Source of the DNA: Octopus sinensis
Taxonomy: Eukaryota
NCBI RefSeq assembly: GCF_006345805.1
Contig: NC_043002.1
Span: 94,612,001-94,676,000 of the forward strand
Direction of reading: 5' to 3'
Length of the DNA: 64,000 nucleotides
Numbering within the stretch: position 1 is the stretch's first letter; every line of letters begins with the position of its first letter. Positions 23,525-37,900 of this stretch are shown here, piece after piece. Under the pieces are notes generated by a model. That model had not been told where the DNA came from. It worked only from the letters and a program-made list of their open reading frames with translations, and searched no databases. A program made the position numbers and the translations under genes.

Positions 23525-26500
23525 TGTTTCTTTATTAGCCACACAGGGCTGCACACAGATAGAACAAATTACAAGGTAGAGCTTTTCTTTTGAAGGTTTA
23601 AAAAAAAAAAAATAAAAATATAATAATAATAATAAAATAAAAAATAAAATAAAATAAAAAAGGGGGGGTCGATCAAAAGGGATCGTAAAAGGAGAGAAAG
23701 AGGACAAAAAAGGGGGGGTTAAAAAAGGGGGGAGAGGAAAAAAAAAAATTGATCAATAGGGATCGTTATCACAGAAATGTCAATATGAAGTGTAAAGGGG
23801 AGGACAGGTGAGGTTTACCCGTGGAAAGAAAAGCCTACGGAAAAGACCACGGTAACCTCGGTCAATGAAGTCACATGTTATATTCTTTTTTTTTTTTTTG
23901 CAAATAAGCAACTCTCTGTATTATTTTTACGGTTCATAGAATCATAGTCAAGGTGGCTTCGTCATTCATACGTGCCATCCTTGCTACATTCACCCATCTT
24001 TTTTAAAACATTCACTAGACAAAACTTGCCTCTCTACTCTCACTTTTTTCTTCAAGTGATACTTGAAGAAGTTGATGAGAGATTGACCAGAGAGGAAGTG
24101 TTTGTCTCTAATCCTTTCAGAGCCGTCCACCAGATACATTCTTTCGCCATAGCCACAAGTATGATAAAAATAGCTCTTCCTTCCCGTTTGAAGGAAGGAG
24201 GCGTGACGATATTAACGATAGACTCGGCGGATAAACCGACACGTCCCACACGTGACAGCAGCGTTCGACATAAGCCCACAGGTGGGAAATTGCTGGACAC
24301 TGCACGATTGCGTGCAGAGCGGTTTCGTCGCTCTGACCGCATCTCGGGCAGGTCGGCCCGTGTTTCTCGAGCCATGCCTATAGAGCTTATCCCGAACGGT
24401 AGCGCTTCTCGGTAGCACCGCCAGCCAGGGATCTCTGGAAGTTGTCCATAGGTCCCGGCCGAAAGTCGTTTGAAACAGGCGGGTCAGGTATTCCTCGTCG
24501 ACGCCCAGGTTTGCCCCGAGCTCGTCGTCGTACCTCCCCTCCACTAATCCCCTATAGAATGCTTTGGTTGTGTTGAAGTCACTCAAGGTCGACCCGGGAC
24601 GGCAGAGTTGCTTGAGAGCAACGCGACACTCGCGGTGCCATTCGCCCTTCTTCGGCCTCTTTTTTGATCCACGACTGTAGTTCGGTCGTCATGGAGACGA
24701 GTTGCGGGAATGCGTGCCTCACAAACGGCGACCACACCTGTTCACCGTCGTCTACATAGAGCCGGAGATGTCGCAGTCTCAGCGCGTGTCTGCGCATCAT
24801 CAACCACGGCATGCCCAGCCCTCCTTTTAACGGGTGTTGACAGCAAATGGATCGCCTGACCATCGGGACGCATCCTTTCCACAAGAAGCGGAAGAGGATG
24901 CGTTCTAGTTTGGTGATGGTAGGGTCGGGACAAGGTACGACGGTCAGGCGGTAGTAGATGATGGACGCGATGTACGCGTTCACCACCTCCGCCCGACCTT
25001 TTAGGGACAGTTTCCTCTCGGCCCATTGCTGGGCGAGAGTGACCACCCTACTCGTTATCTCGTTCCAGTTCTTCTCCATTTGGAGGTCCGGACCGAACCA
25101 GACCCCGAGCAACTCAACCGGGCCGTCTGTCCAGCGTCCCACGACGGAGATACTGGTGGACGGCATGGGTTTACTTCTCCAGGTGCCGAGCCGCAAGCCC
25201 ACTGACTTTTCCCGGTTGATTTTTGCTCCTGTCACCGCTTCGTAGTCTTTCAGTGTCTCGCCGACCCGCTCGATGTGCTCGTGGCTTGACACTATGACGG
25301 TGACGTCGTCCGCGTATGCAGACACGCTCGTCCCGCATCCTAATTCTCGCGGGATGCCCCTCAGAGTCGCCAGCTTCCGCAGTAGTGGCTCAAGAGTCAA
25401 TACGTATAGAAGCGCCGAGAGGGGGCATCCCTGACGGACCGAACGTGCAATGTCGAAGGGTCTCGATAGATGTCCATTTACGCGAATTACCGAACGGATG
25501 CCTCTGTACAAGGCAGCTATCCAGCCGCGGAAGACGGGTCCGAAACCAGCCGCTCTCAGGACTGCCTCCAAGTATCGATGGTCTACCCTATCAAAGGCTT
25601 TCGATTGATCCAAGTTGATCAGGGCCCCACCCATGCCAGGTTCGTTAACTACCCTGTCTATGATGTAGCGCATCAGATGGAGGTTGTCATGGATGCTCCG
25701 GCCCGCACGGCGCACGTTTGTGCGTTGTCGACCAGTTTCTCCATGACAAGCGCCAACCTCTTGGCTAACACCTTTGTCAAAATTTTCAGGTCTGCATTGA
25801 GCAGAGTGATTGGCCTAAAGTTATCTATAATGTTTCCCTTGTTTGGATCTTTCTTCAGCAGAGTTACAGCTCCTCGACTCACAAAACCGGGTATGCTCCC
25901 GTTTTGCTGCCAGTTGCAGTATACCGCTGCCAAGACGTCTCCAAACAAGTCTGGCATACAATAGTAAAATTCGTAGGGTAGACCATCCAAACCCGGTGAT
26001 TTGTCCCTCGAGCATTCTGCCATCGCTTCCCGCACTTCCGCCGCCGTGATGGCACCTTCGCAGCACCCTGCCTTTCTTGTCGAGAGTCGTGGCAGGCTAT
26101 GTAGGTAGGCACTGAAGTCTACCCTACGTTCTTGCCCTCCACTCGTCCCGAACAGTCGGGCAAAATGCTGCTGAAAGGCCTCACACATTTTACTTGGCTC
26201 GAGCAATTCGCGCCCCTGTTCATCTACCAGTGACCGAATGGTGGCTTTGTTGCCCTGTTGCGCCTCTGCCACCCGGGCCTCTCTCGCGGCTCCAACACCT
26301 TCGTTCCTTAGAGCACGCATCCTAGCTCTGACAGCACATCCTTCGTGTTTGGCGTTGAAGTGTTGGTCGAGGGCCAACCTCGCCGCCAAAACGTCGGATG
26401 CGATGCCGCTTCTAATTGCCTCTTCTAGCTTCTTAACTAGCTCACCCTCTACTCTATTTCTATCTATGGCTAGTGCTTTGCTGTACCTAATCGCTTCTGC

Positions 26501-29480
26501 TTTTACTGCTCTCTTGAGGGCAACCACCATTTGTTGTTGATGATGGCTCCCGTCAAAGCCCTCTTTACTAGTGTGCTAATCCGGTCTCTGAAAACTTGTC
26601 TGGACGGGAATGATGCGTTCAGTTTCCAGTACCCAGGACCCTGTCTATGTGCCTTATCTAAGTCTAGCGTACACGTCACCAATTTGTGATCCGTGTAGCT
26701 GACTGTGTGGAATTGTGGACATCCTAAGTTATCCTTGTCTACTGTCCTACACAGTATCCTATCTAGATACGATCTCGACGACCCACTGCGGTTGCTCCAT
26801 GTCCACGTTGGTGCATTTGGGTGGTCGAGTCGGTACCTGTCAGACAGTTGGAATCGTCTGAGCAGGTCTCTGAGGCATTTGCATCCCCTTCTGTTTCTGT
26901 CTCTACCCACGTAGTCTACATGCGTGTCCAAGGTAGCATTCCAATCCCCCACTAAGAGTAAAGGACGAGACGTTCCCAAGAATACTTCTAGACGTCGAAA
27001 GAAATCCGCCCGACCTGTTAAGGGCGGTGCGTAGACTGATACGAGTCGAAAAGCGCACCCATTGCTGCCGTCAACATCCAGAACGATCAGTCTACCCTCC
27101 GGGTCTACGAATATCGTCTTGACTTCGAGATCCAGGCTCTTGTGAAAAAGTACCGCGGTGCCTACCGCCCATCCTCGGCAGACAGGGAGCGAAATAAATG
27201 TTAAACTGTCCGCCAAACATGGACTTTAGGGCCCGTGGCTCGTGGAGTCTGGTCTCACTTATGGCTATGATTCCCAAATCATGTGACTTGATGTCATTTA
27301 GGAGGTATCCTTGTTTCCAAGGAGACCCCAAGCCACGCGCATTCACACAACCAATCTTGACCATGATTCTATTGGGGTGTGTGCTTTAAAACACACAAAT
27401 GAAAGTACAGAGAGTTACTTACTTGTGTCGAAAGTTTTGGCTTCCTCGTTCTTTGATGTGTCTTCGAGGAGGTTTCTATATAGTTTTTGGGACAGATATT
27501 TCTGGAAACCCCCTACAGCATTTGGGAAGAGGGCTTTGAGTTTGTGGTGTTGTGTTTGTGTGATGTGTAGTATTTTGATGTGTTTGGGTGGTGTAGTGCG
27601 TGGATGATTGCTATTTTTAAAGTCATCTTCACAAATGTTTGTGTATCCTGTGATGTACTCCATTAGTTTGGAGTCTTTTGTGTCTATCGCTGATAGCATT
27701 GTTTTTGTGGTGTTGGTGCTTGTTTTGTTGTGTATGGAGTTTTCAGGGTTCAGGTATCTCCCTGCTTTGGTTGCGATTTCTTGTTTGGTTTTTCTTGATC
27801 TTTTCTTTTACCCCTGTGGCTATTTGCCATTCTGTCGAACTTTCATCGTTAGATGAAAAGTCTGACGAATCAGCAGGGGCAAGGGTAAAGTCTGGGTGTG
27901 TGTTTGTGCGGTTGTAGATATTGTTGTGGTGCGCGGGGAGGGTGTTGCTGGGGGGTTTGTTGTGGTTATTGTCTCTCCTACATCCTTGGTGCTTGTCTTC
28001 TTCGTTGTTATTCTTGGTGTTGGAATTGGTTTATTTGTTGTTGGTGGTGATGATTCTGTTCTTGGCGCTGGTGTTGGTGTTGTTTGGTTGGGTTGGTTGT
28101 TCTTTGTTGTTTTTCCTGCATTTCCGCATACAGCTTCTTGACTAGCTGTCCATATTGTGGTGTGGGCAATAATCCTGGCTTTTGTGATTTTTCCTGTGGC
28201 TGTTGTTGTTGTTGTAATTTTGCGGCAGATTTGCACTCCTTTTTGAGGTGTGCCTCACTGCCACATGTATAGCATCGTGGCCTTCTGCCCTCGACTACTA
28301 CGTATAACTTGCGGCCATCCTCAAGATGTACGTGGGTGGGGATTTTATTTATGTCCTCTTGACTTATGTGGAAGAGGAACTCTATTCTCTCCCAGCCAGT
28401 CCTTGTTTTCCGAAACAACCGATATCTAGGATGTTTATGTCCTCCATTTCGGATGTTACGGCGGATGTAATCCACAGTGTTGTAGTCACTTGGGGGACAC
28501 CACTGATAATGACTTTCGTCACCTTCTGGCCGAGGTAACTCGGTGTCAACGTTAGTTCATCAGAATGAAGGGTTATCGTTGAGAATTTCTTCGCCAACTC
28601 TTCATTCTGAAAAACCACCTGTACGTGTGCGAACTTGTTCGCCCAAGTCACACAATCCTTGTATCCCCAGATGGGGCGTAAGCACTTTTCGACTTTGTCT
28701 GTGCTTGCCTTTTCTGGACTTTTTGTTTTTTTATTTGTGATTTTTATACAATTGTCTTTTTTTTCTCCTCATTCAGTATGTGCTGAGGTATGTGTAAGAG
28801 TATTTTTCCGTTTTGATTTGTAATAAGTTTTCTGCAATCTTTAATCTGTTGTGTAGTAAACGAAACTTTTTTTTACCTTTTCTTTTATCGCCTCGGCGAA
28901 GTTTGTTGTTGTTTTGTTATTGTTGTTACTGTTTTGTTGATGGCAGGGGTGTGGGTTGTAGGTTTGTGGTTGCTGATTATGCAACTAGCAAGGGGTGGAA
29001 AATTGCCTGCGTAATTTAGTCCTGCATTAGCGCAAATTTCGGCATTTCGTTGCTTGTCGTCGTTATTTTTTCACTTGTTGGTGATGGAGTGAGCAGTGGT
29101 TGAAGGGAATTGTTGTTGTCGTCGTCGTCGTTGTTGTTGTTGTTGTTGTTGTTATTGTTGTTGTTGTTGTTATTGTCGTTCTTGGTGACGGCGGTGGTGT
29201 TAGTAGTATTAAGCATTGACGGCACGGTCTTTGGTGGCGGTGATGGTGATGTTGGTATTGTTATTGGTGGCGACGTCTTTAGTAGGATAGCAGTTTTAGT
29301 AGCAGATTCTGCCATGGGTGGTTGTCGGTGTTGGTGGTGGTGGTGGACTCACTGATGGTGTTGACGGTGCTTGGCCTTGCGACCTTTGTTTTGTATTTGT
29401 TGCTGTTGTCGATGTTGATGGTGGCGGAGTTGTCAGGTTCAGCGTAAGGTAACAGAGCATCCTGTTTTTCTGCCTCTGCG
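23525..29480 (-). mobile_element. Tx1-like L1 LINE copy A, apparently full length (~6 kb)
   Basis: ORF1 pieces with an RRM-like region (28382-28651) and the zinc knuckle CYTCGSEAHLKKEC (in 28008-28475). ORF2 from 27364 in frameshifted pieces 27092-27364, 26503-27216, 25673-26530, 24579-25715 and 24052-24586, with APE, RT (DQSKAFDRV, SVRQGCPLS, AYADD) and a C-terminal CPRC..H..C. The 3' end is AATAAAGAAACAT followed by TATC repeats. Confidence 0.93.
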
Positions 29481-29624
29481 AGATAGAAGATAGATAGATA
29501 GATAGTTAATAGATAGATAGTAGATAGATAGATAATAGTAGATAGTTAGATAGATAGATAGATTATAGATAGATAGATAGATAGATAGATAGTAGATAGA
29601 TAATAGATAGATAGTTGATAGATA
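29481..29624. repeat. (GATA)n array between Tx1 copies A and B
   Basis: Direct reading. Confidence 0.95.
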
Positions 29625-30795
29625 ACTTTCTTTTATTAGCCACACAGGGCTGAATACAGAGGGGACAAATACAAATGCAGAGCTTTTCTTTTCGAGGGTG
29701 GAAAAAAATAAAAAATGTAGATTGCGATCAAAAGGGATCGAGAGGAGGAAAAAAAAAAAAAAAAGAGGAAAAAAAAAGAAAACGTGTATCACAGAAATAA
29801 TGGTGTACATTGATATAACAAGATTGGGTTCATCCGGGGAAGAAAAGCCTACAGAAAAGACCACGGAACCCCAGTCAGGGAGGAAATAAACACATGAGGT
29901 CAAAAATGCTCTCTTTTTTTCTTTTTTACGATCTACAGATCATGCTCAAAATGGTTTCGTTACTATACGCACCATCTTTGCAACATTCACCCATCTTTTT
30001 TTGAATCTTTCGCGAGACAAAACTTCCCTCTCCATTCTCACCTTCCTTTTCAATGGTACTTGAAAAAGTTGATGAGCGATTGGCCAGAGAGGTAAGTGTT
30101 TGTCTCTAATCCTTTCGCTCGAGTCCACCATACACATTCTTCACCATGGCCACCATACGATGAAAACTGCCTTGCCTTCCCGGTTGAGGGAAGGGGGCGG
30201 AGCAATTCTCACGATAGACTCGGCCGATGGCGGATTCGTCCCACACGTGACAGCAGCCGTTCGGCATAAGCCCACAGGTCGGAAATGGTTGGACATTGCA
30301 CGAGTGCGTGCAGAACGGTTTCGTCGCTCTGACCGCATCTCGGGCAAGTCGGTCCAGTGTCTGGAACCGTGTCTGTAGAGCTTATCCCGAACAGGTAATG
30401 CTTCTCGATAGCACTGCCAGGCCAGGGATCTTTGGTGATTGTTCATAGGTCCCGGCCCGAAAGTTGTCCTGAACAGGCGGGTCAGGTGTTCTCGTCGACG
30501 CCCAGACTTCTGCCCGAGTTCGTCGTCGCACCTCCCCTCCACTAATCCTCTATAGAATGCCTTTGTTGTGATGGAGTCGCACAAGTTCGATCCCGACGGC
30601 AGAGTTGCTTGAGAGCAACGCGACACTCACGGTGCCATTCGCCTAGCCTCGGTCCTCTGCTTGATCCATGACTGTAGTTCGTCCAAGGAGACGAGCGCGG
30701 GAAAGCGCGCCGCACAAAAGGCGACCACCCCCCGTTCACCGTTGTCTATGAAGCGCCGGAGATGTCGCAGTCTCAGCGCATGTCTGCGCATCATC

Positions 30796-30796
<1 letters not shown>
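29625..30796 (-). mobile_element. Tx1-like copy B, 5'-truncated (1.17 kb)
   Basis: Aligns to the 3' end of copy A; truncated after GCGCATCATCA; 3' end AATAAAAGAAAGT followed by TATC repeats. Confidence 0.92.
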
Positions 30797-30879
<83 letters not shown>

Positions 30880-30976
30880 TTAGATAGATAGATAGATAGG
30901 TAGATAGATAGATAGATAGATAGATAGTAGATAGATAGATAGATAGGTAGATAGATAGATAGATAGATAGATAGTT

Positions 30977-31021
<45 letters not shown>

Positions 31022-31057
31022 TTAGATAGATAGATAGATAGATATAGATAGATAGAT

Positions 31058-31097
<40 letters not shown>

Positions 31098-31098
31098 T

Positions 31099-31129
<31 letters not shown>

Positions 31130-31130
31130 G

Positions 31131-31193
<63 letters not shown>

Positions 31194-31198
31194 GTAGG

Positions 31199-31268
<70 letters not shown>
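30797..31268. repeat. (GATA)n array (~470 bp) between Tx1 copies B and C
   Basis: Direct reading. Confidence 0.95.
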
Positions 31269-31269
<1 letters not shown>

Positions 31270-32330
31270 GTTTCTTTATTGGCCACACGGGGCTGCACAC
31301 AGATGGGACAAGTTACAAGGTAGAGCTTTTCTTTTGGGGGATGAAAAAAACAAAAAACAAAAATAAAAGAAACAAAAAAAAAGGGTGGCGTAGGGTTTCG
31401 ATCAAAAGGAATCGTAAAGGGAAAAAAAGAACAAAAAAGAAAAAAAAGAAAAAGAAAAGAAAAAAAAGAAGAAAAGGAAAAGGAACAAAAGAAAAGAGAA
31501 ATGAAAGAAAGAAGAAAGAAGGGGGAAGAGGAAAAAAACTATCAATAGGGATCGTGTATCACAGTGTCATGATGTATGGTGTAAAGGGGAAAGCAAGTAA
31601 GGTTTATCCGTGGGAAGAAAAGCCTACGAAAAAGACCACGGTAACCTTGGTCAATATTGTTATATGTTACCACATTTGTTTGCAAGTGGGTAACCCTCTG
31701 TTTTCAATTTCTGGGTTCATAGGATTATGCTCAAGGTGGCTTCGTCATTCATACGTGCCATTCTTGCTACATTCACCCATCTTTTTTTAAAACATTCGCT
31801 AGACAAAACTTGCCTCTCTACTCTCACTTTCCTTTTCAAGTGGTACTTGAAGAAGTTGATGAGAGATTGACCAGAGAGGAAAGTGTTTGTCTCCAATCCT
31901 TTCAGACGCGTCCACCAGATACATTCTTTCGCCATAGCCACAAGGATGATGAAAATAGCTCTTCCTTCCCGTTTGAAGGAAGGAGGCGTGACAATATTGA
32001 CGATAGACTCAGCTGATAAACCAACTCGTCCCACACGTGACAGCAGTTGTTCGACATAAGCCCACAGGTCGGAAATTGTTGGACACTGCACGAGTGCGTG
32101 CAGAACGGTTTCGTCGCTCTGACCGCATCTCGGGCAGGTCGGCCCCGTGTTTCTCGAGCCGTGTCTGTAGTGCTTATCCCGAACGGGTAGCGCTTCTCGG
32201 TAGCACTGCCAGGCCAGGGATCTCTGGAAGTTGTCCATGGGCCCTGGCCCGAAAGTCGTCCCGAACAGGCGGGTCAGGTACTCCTCGTCGACGTGCAGGT
32301 TCGCCCCGAGCTCGTCGTCGTACCTCCCCT
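31269..32330 (-). mobile_element. Tx1-like copy C, 5'-truncated (1.06 kb)
   Basis: ORF 31717-32238 SLAWQCYREALP..CPRCGQSDETVLHALVQCP; 3' end AATAAAGAAACT followed by TATC repeats. Confidence 0.92.
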
Positions 32331-32870
<540 letters not shown>

Positions 32871-32879
32871 TAATATTAA

Positions 32880-33540
32880 GATGTGCTACGATGGTGATGA
32901 GACGAAGAAAGCTTGTCACGACAGAATGCATATGGATGCCAAGTGGTGAAATGATGAAGTTAATTCAGCCTCGGCCCAGTTATAGATTTCTGGGAATATT
33001 TGAGGCAGATGGAATTAAACACGACGATATAAAAGAAAATACAAAGGAAGAGTGCCTGCAACGAGTGAGAAAAATATTGACTTCAAAACTAAATGTCAGA
33101 AGTATAATTTTGTCAATAAACTCTCGCGCAGTCGCAGTAGTTCTGTATGGCGCTGGAATCCTGAAGTTGACAGAGGAAGAATTAAAAGAGGTAGACAGGA
33201 AGAAAAGAAAGCTCCTAACGATGCATGGAGGCAATCATCCACGTGCAGACACTGATTGCCCATGCATGAAGAGAGCAAGTGGAGGAAGGCGACAGATAAG
33301 TTTTGAAGACTGTGTACGCATCGAACACGAAAGCTTAATGAGATATCTATCCCAAAGTAAGGAAACCTTGCTAGTCTCAGTTAGAAATGAGGGAGTATAG
33401 AAAGCAAAGAAAAAAGGAAAAGGACAAAGGAAGTAGTACAAAAAGGACATGAAGAAGAATCTCGCATCAAGGAACTGCACAATCAGTTCTACGGAGCCAC
33501 AACAAAAGGGGGCGGCATGTGGTAGGTTATACAAAAGCGA
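32880..33540 (+). mobile_element. R4/Dong-like internal RT-thumb fragment
   Basis: ORF 32891-33400 YRFLGIFEADGI..RVRKILTSKLN..INSRAVAVVLYGAG..MHGGNHPRADTD; followed by (AAT)n at 33542-33600. Confidence 0.85.
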
Positions 33541-33541
33541 A

Positions 33542-33593
<52 letters not shown>

Positions 33594-33598
33594 TAATA

Positions 33599-34272
33599 AT
33601 GTAAACATATACTTTTTATTGCAAAAACACACCTGCTCTTCTAACTGGACATACAAACATCTCTAGAGGGGTCAACTTCAACCTCCACAATATTACCTTG
33701 CACGAAATATACAAACACTTTTTATTGCAATAACACAAACGCACATAGAAAAATAATGATGCTAGGATTATCTCTGGTCGAACACAGCTTCTCTATTCAC
33801 AAATAATACAGATCAGCCCTTCAAAATAAGTTAAGAAAATTTACAAATTTACATATCTACAGTTTTCAATCATACATTCGACCAGCTTTAAAAACTTTGA
33901 TACCCACAATTGCCTCTGTAAACATCCTTTTTTTTTTTTTTTCCTCTAAAAATATCACGCTTTTCTTTTTGTGGACTTACAAAACCCTAAAACTTTCTAT
34001 GAAAATCTGACTTTTCTTTGCTTCCTCCCTAATATTCAAATATAAATGTAAACATATACATTTTATTGTAAAAACACACCTGTTCTTCTAACTGGACATA
34101 CAAACATCTCTAGAAAAGTCAACTTCAGCCTGCACAATATTACCTTACACGAAATATACAAACACTTTTTATTGCAATAACACAAACGCACATGGAAAAA
34201 AAATGATGATGCTAAGATTCTCTCTGGTCGAACACAACTTCTCTATTCACAAACAATACAGAACAGCCCTTC
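33599..34272. repeat. ~225-bp direct repeat pair (33599-33822 and 34046-34272)
   Basis: Co-linear copies with high similarity by eye. Confidence 0.85.
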
Positions 34273-34427
34273 CTTAATTTTTCTTAAGCCTAATAGTAGT
34301 AAACATCTGAACTTTTTTTGACCGATAGGACCCCACCTAAAAAAGGTAAAAAAAAAAAAAAAATATCACTGATGGTGATGGTGATGATGATAATAATGAT
34401 AGTAATAGTGCTGATAATCTACCTATC

Positions 34428-34458
<31 letters not shown>

Positions 34459-34757
34459 TCAAAGAGTTTAACCAACACAAACCTCACCTCGGCTCTATTG
34501 TTAACCAAATATGAAAGTATTATTTGACAGGCAAGAACTCTGGTGTTGAAGGCAGTCAGCCAGCCAACCACCAAGCCAGCCAACGAGACAGACGGACACT
34601 ACTGTGAGGGTGATAATGATAAAAAAACAAAAATAACAATAATAAGATACTGCTGTGACTACACATAAAACAATATCATTGATGATGATGGTGGTGATGG
34701 TGATGGTGATGATGATAATGAGGATGGTAATGGTGGTGATAATGATGATAGTGATAA

Positions 34758-34903
34758 TAATGGTGATGATAATAACAATAATAAGCCGACTACGGCTGCT
34801 ATAATGGTACGATTATAATTGTAACGGCAATAATGGTGATGATAATAACAATAATAAGCCGACTACGGCTGCTATAATGGTACGATTATAATTGTAACGG
34901 CAA
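34758..34903. repeat. Perfect 73-bp tandem duplication directly 5' of the full-length R4 copy
   Basis: 34758-34830 is identical to 34831-34903. Confidence 0.9.
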
Positions 34904-37900
34904 TGATGGCCGTCTCCCCACGAGCCAATCAAAGCTAAAAAATGATAACATTATCGTAGCACCAAAATGTTTTTGGAACTAAAGGAAAACTAAATCAGTA
35001 TACCAAATCGCTTGTCCTATGGTTAATCTGGAAGCGCGTCCCCCAGGGAAGAGCCAGCCTGGGATCGAAAAGTCATCAACTGGCACAAACTCTTCTCCGA
35101 ATACGGACATGGATGGTCACTTGAACGGGAAATCCCCCAACTCGAGCCCTCCAAGTTCACCACCACAACCACCACAGAAAGAAAAATGTAAGCGGAACAA
35201 ATGGACCCGAGAAGAGTATAAAGAAGTAATATACGCTTATTACTATGCATTAGGTAGGCCATCTCAAGAGAGACACACCGCAAACTCTTACAGTATATGG
35301 AGAATACGGAATCAAGGCAGTAGGCCCTATTTGGACGAGAACAAATTAGCAAATGTGAGGAGGGATATCCTTAGAAATAACAGACTCACAGACAGTGAAA
35401 TAAGCGCGATCAAGCACGCAACGGAAAATGACATAAATATAAGACACAAAGGAAATGAAGAATCGGATGAACAGTATAGCCCACCACGAGGCATAATTGA
35501 AAGACTGCCATCTGACCAAAGTACGCAAAGGCCTGAAGATACAAGAAATTCTATTGTACCTGTTAAAGATAGCCAGGAAAACGAAAAACAACAGTAACTG
35601 AAGATCTCGCATTTGCTGAAGAACACAAAGAGTCTATGGCAGAAATGAGGCAGAAAATCCTGAATACGCTTGAAGTTGTAAGACATACAAGTATGAATGA
35701 TAGAGAACCACTTCATAAACTCTCAAATACAAACCAAAATAAAAAACAAATCCAAATTGGCAACTATGTAACAAATGAAATAATACGAGAATTAAAACCT
35801 GATTTTACTGAGTTAAATGAAATTATTTACGCTTCTGCTAGGGCAATTGAAACCAGCTGTATGCCCCCGAAAAAACAAAGAAAACAACACCTGGCAAGAA
35901 ATCAAACCTGGAGAAGTAAAATTGAAAAAGAGATTGAATTTATGAGAGGGGAAATATCAATATTAAATGAACTAATATGTGGAAATGATGTAAGATCCAG
36001 AACAGGAAGAAAGATGAAGAGAAAATTTGGATCCTCACCAAGAGAAGAACTGATATCAATAAAAGAAACGCTGAAACAAAAAAGTCCAAGCAAAAGCCCA
36101 AAGAATACGAAGATTTGAGAAGAGAAACAAGTTTTACAAGCAAAATAAGCTGTTCACATCCAATGCCAAAAAATTCTACAGAGAAATAGGGAAGGAGAAA
36201 GTAACCGTTAAAGACCCCCCTCCCATGGAAAAAGTTCAAAACTTTTGGAAAAGGATTTGGAGTGACAAGAAGACGTAAAACATAAATGCAGACTGGATTA
36301 TACAAACTGAAGGATCCTACCAAAATTTACAACAACAAGCATGGGAAGGCATCACAATAGCAGACCTAAGAAAGGCACTCACGAAGGCCCATAATTGGAA
36401 ATCCCCCGGTAAAGATAGGGTGCCGAATTTCTGGCTCGCATCGCTCCCATGCGAACACGGTAAGCTAGTTCAGCTGCTTAATGGAATTATGAGAGGCCCA
36501 AAGAAAACACCTGAATGGTTAGCAAGTGGCATTACTTACCTACTCCCAAAGAATAACGAAACCAACCTTCCAAAAAACTATCGGCCTATAACCTGTCTAT
36601 CCACCACGTATAAAATCCTAACATCTATCCTGGCGGAGAAAACATATGCATTCATGGAGAAGAACGATATTTTCCCCATTGAACAAAAAGGATGCCGCCG
36701 AGGCTCTTACGGATGCAAAGATCAACTGCTAATCAATCGTATGATCCTTGAGAACTGTCACAACAAGCGCAGAAATCTCAGCACCGCATGGATTGACTAT
36801 AAAAAGGCCTTCGACAGTATACCGCATCCATGGATCTTGAGATCGCTGGACATCTTCAAAATTTCCCCTGTGATTTCAAACTTCCTGATGCACAATATGT
36901 CGTTGTGGAATACGAATCTCCAATTATACCACTCTAATGGAGTACTTGCCTCAGAAAATATAAACATCAACTGTGGAATTTTTCAAGGTGACTCACTTTC
37001 ACCTTTAATATTCTGCATAGCCCTAATACCCCTTACAAGTGAATTAAACAGAACAGGGTATGGGTATAAAATTGCCAATAAAAAAATAAGCCACTCACGA
37101 AGGTTACATCTATTTTAAATGGATGACTTAAAACTTTATGGTAAAGACAATAATGAACTTGAAGGCCTATTGCGTACCGTGAAAGCATTCAGCGATGACA
37201 TCGGGATGGAGTTTGGACTTGAGAAGTGTGCCAAGGCCACTTTCCAGAAAGGGAAAGTGAAGACCACAAATTCAGTCGTGTTAGATGTTGACACAGTCAT
37301 AAGAGAGCTTGAGCAAGAACAAACATACAAATATTTAGGGATAAATGAAGGCTCTGGTATTCAGCATGCAAGCATGAAAGAGAAGATCAGGAAGGAATGT
37401 TATAGGAGAGTTCGTGCAGTCCTGAAATCTGAACTAAATGCACGTAACAAGGTGTTAGCTATAAATTCCTTAGCAGTTCCAGTTGTTACTTATAGCTACA
37501 ATGTGTTGAACTGGAATATGAGTGAAGTAAAGAATATAGATAGGAAAATACGCAAGCTGCTGAGTTGTAATAGGATGCACCACCCAAAGGCAGACGTAGA
37601 TCGCCTTTACCTTCCCAGAGCCCAAGGAGGTCGAGGCATGATCCAATTTGAACTAGCTTACAAAACAACCACAATTGGACTGGCCAAATATCTCGAAATA
37701 TCGAATGACTGGATGCTAAAGCTCGTGGAAAATCACGAGAGACGAAAGAAGCTTCATTCTATCATAAAGGAAAGCAAAAAATTTGCTATTGATCTCGTGC
37801 AGGATACCCAAACTGAACAACCCGAGGGAAGTACGGCAACTATTGTTGCAAAGAAGGTGAAAATGATGGCAATGAAAAAAGCGCACGAGCAATTGGCTGA

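Noticed and set aside
20354-23707. Poly-E/R/L/F/I and YLSI-repeat ORFs
   Set aside because: They are read-throughs of (GAA)n, (AAT)n and (GATA)n arrays.
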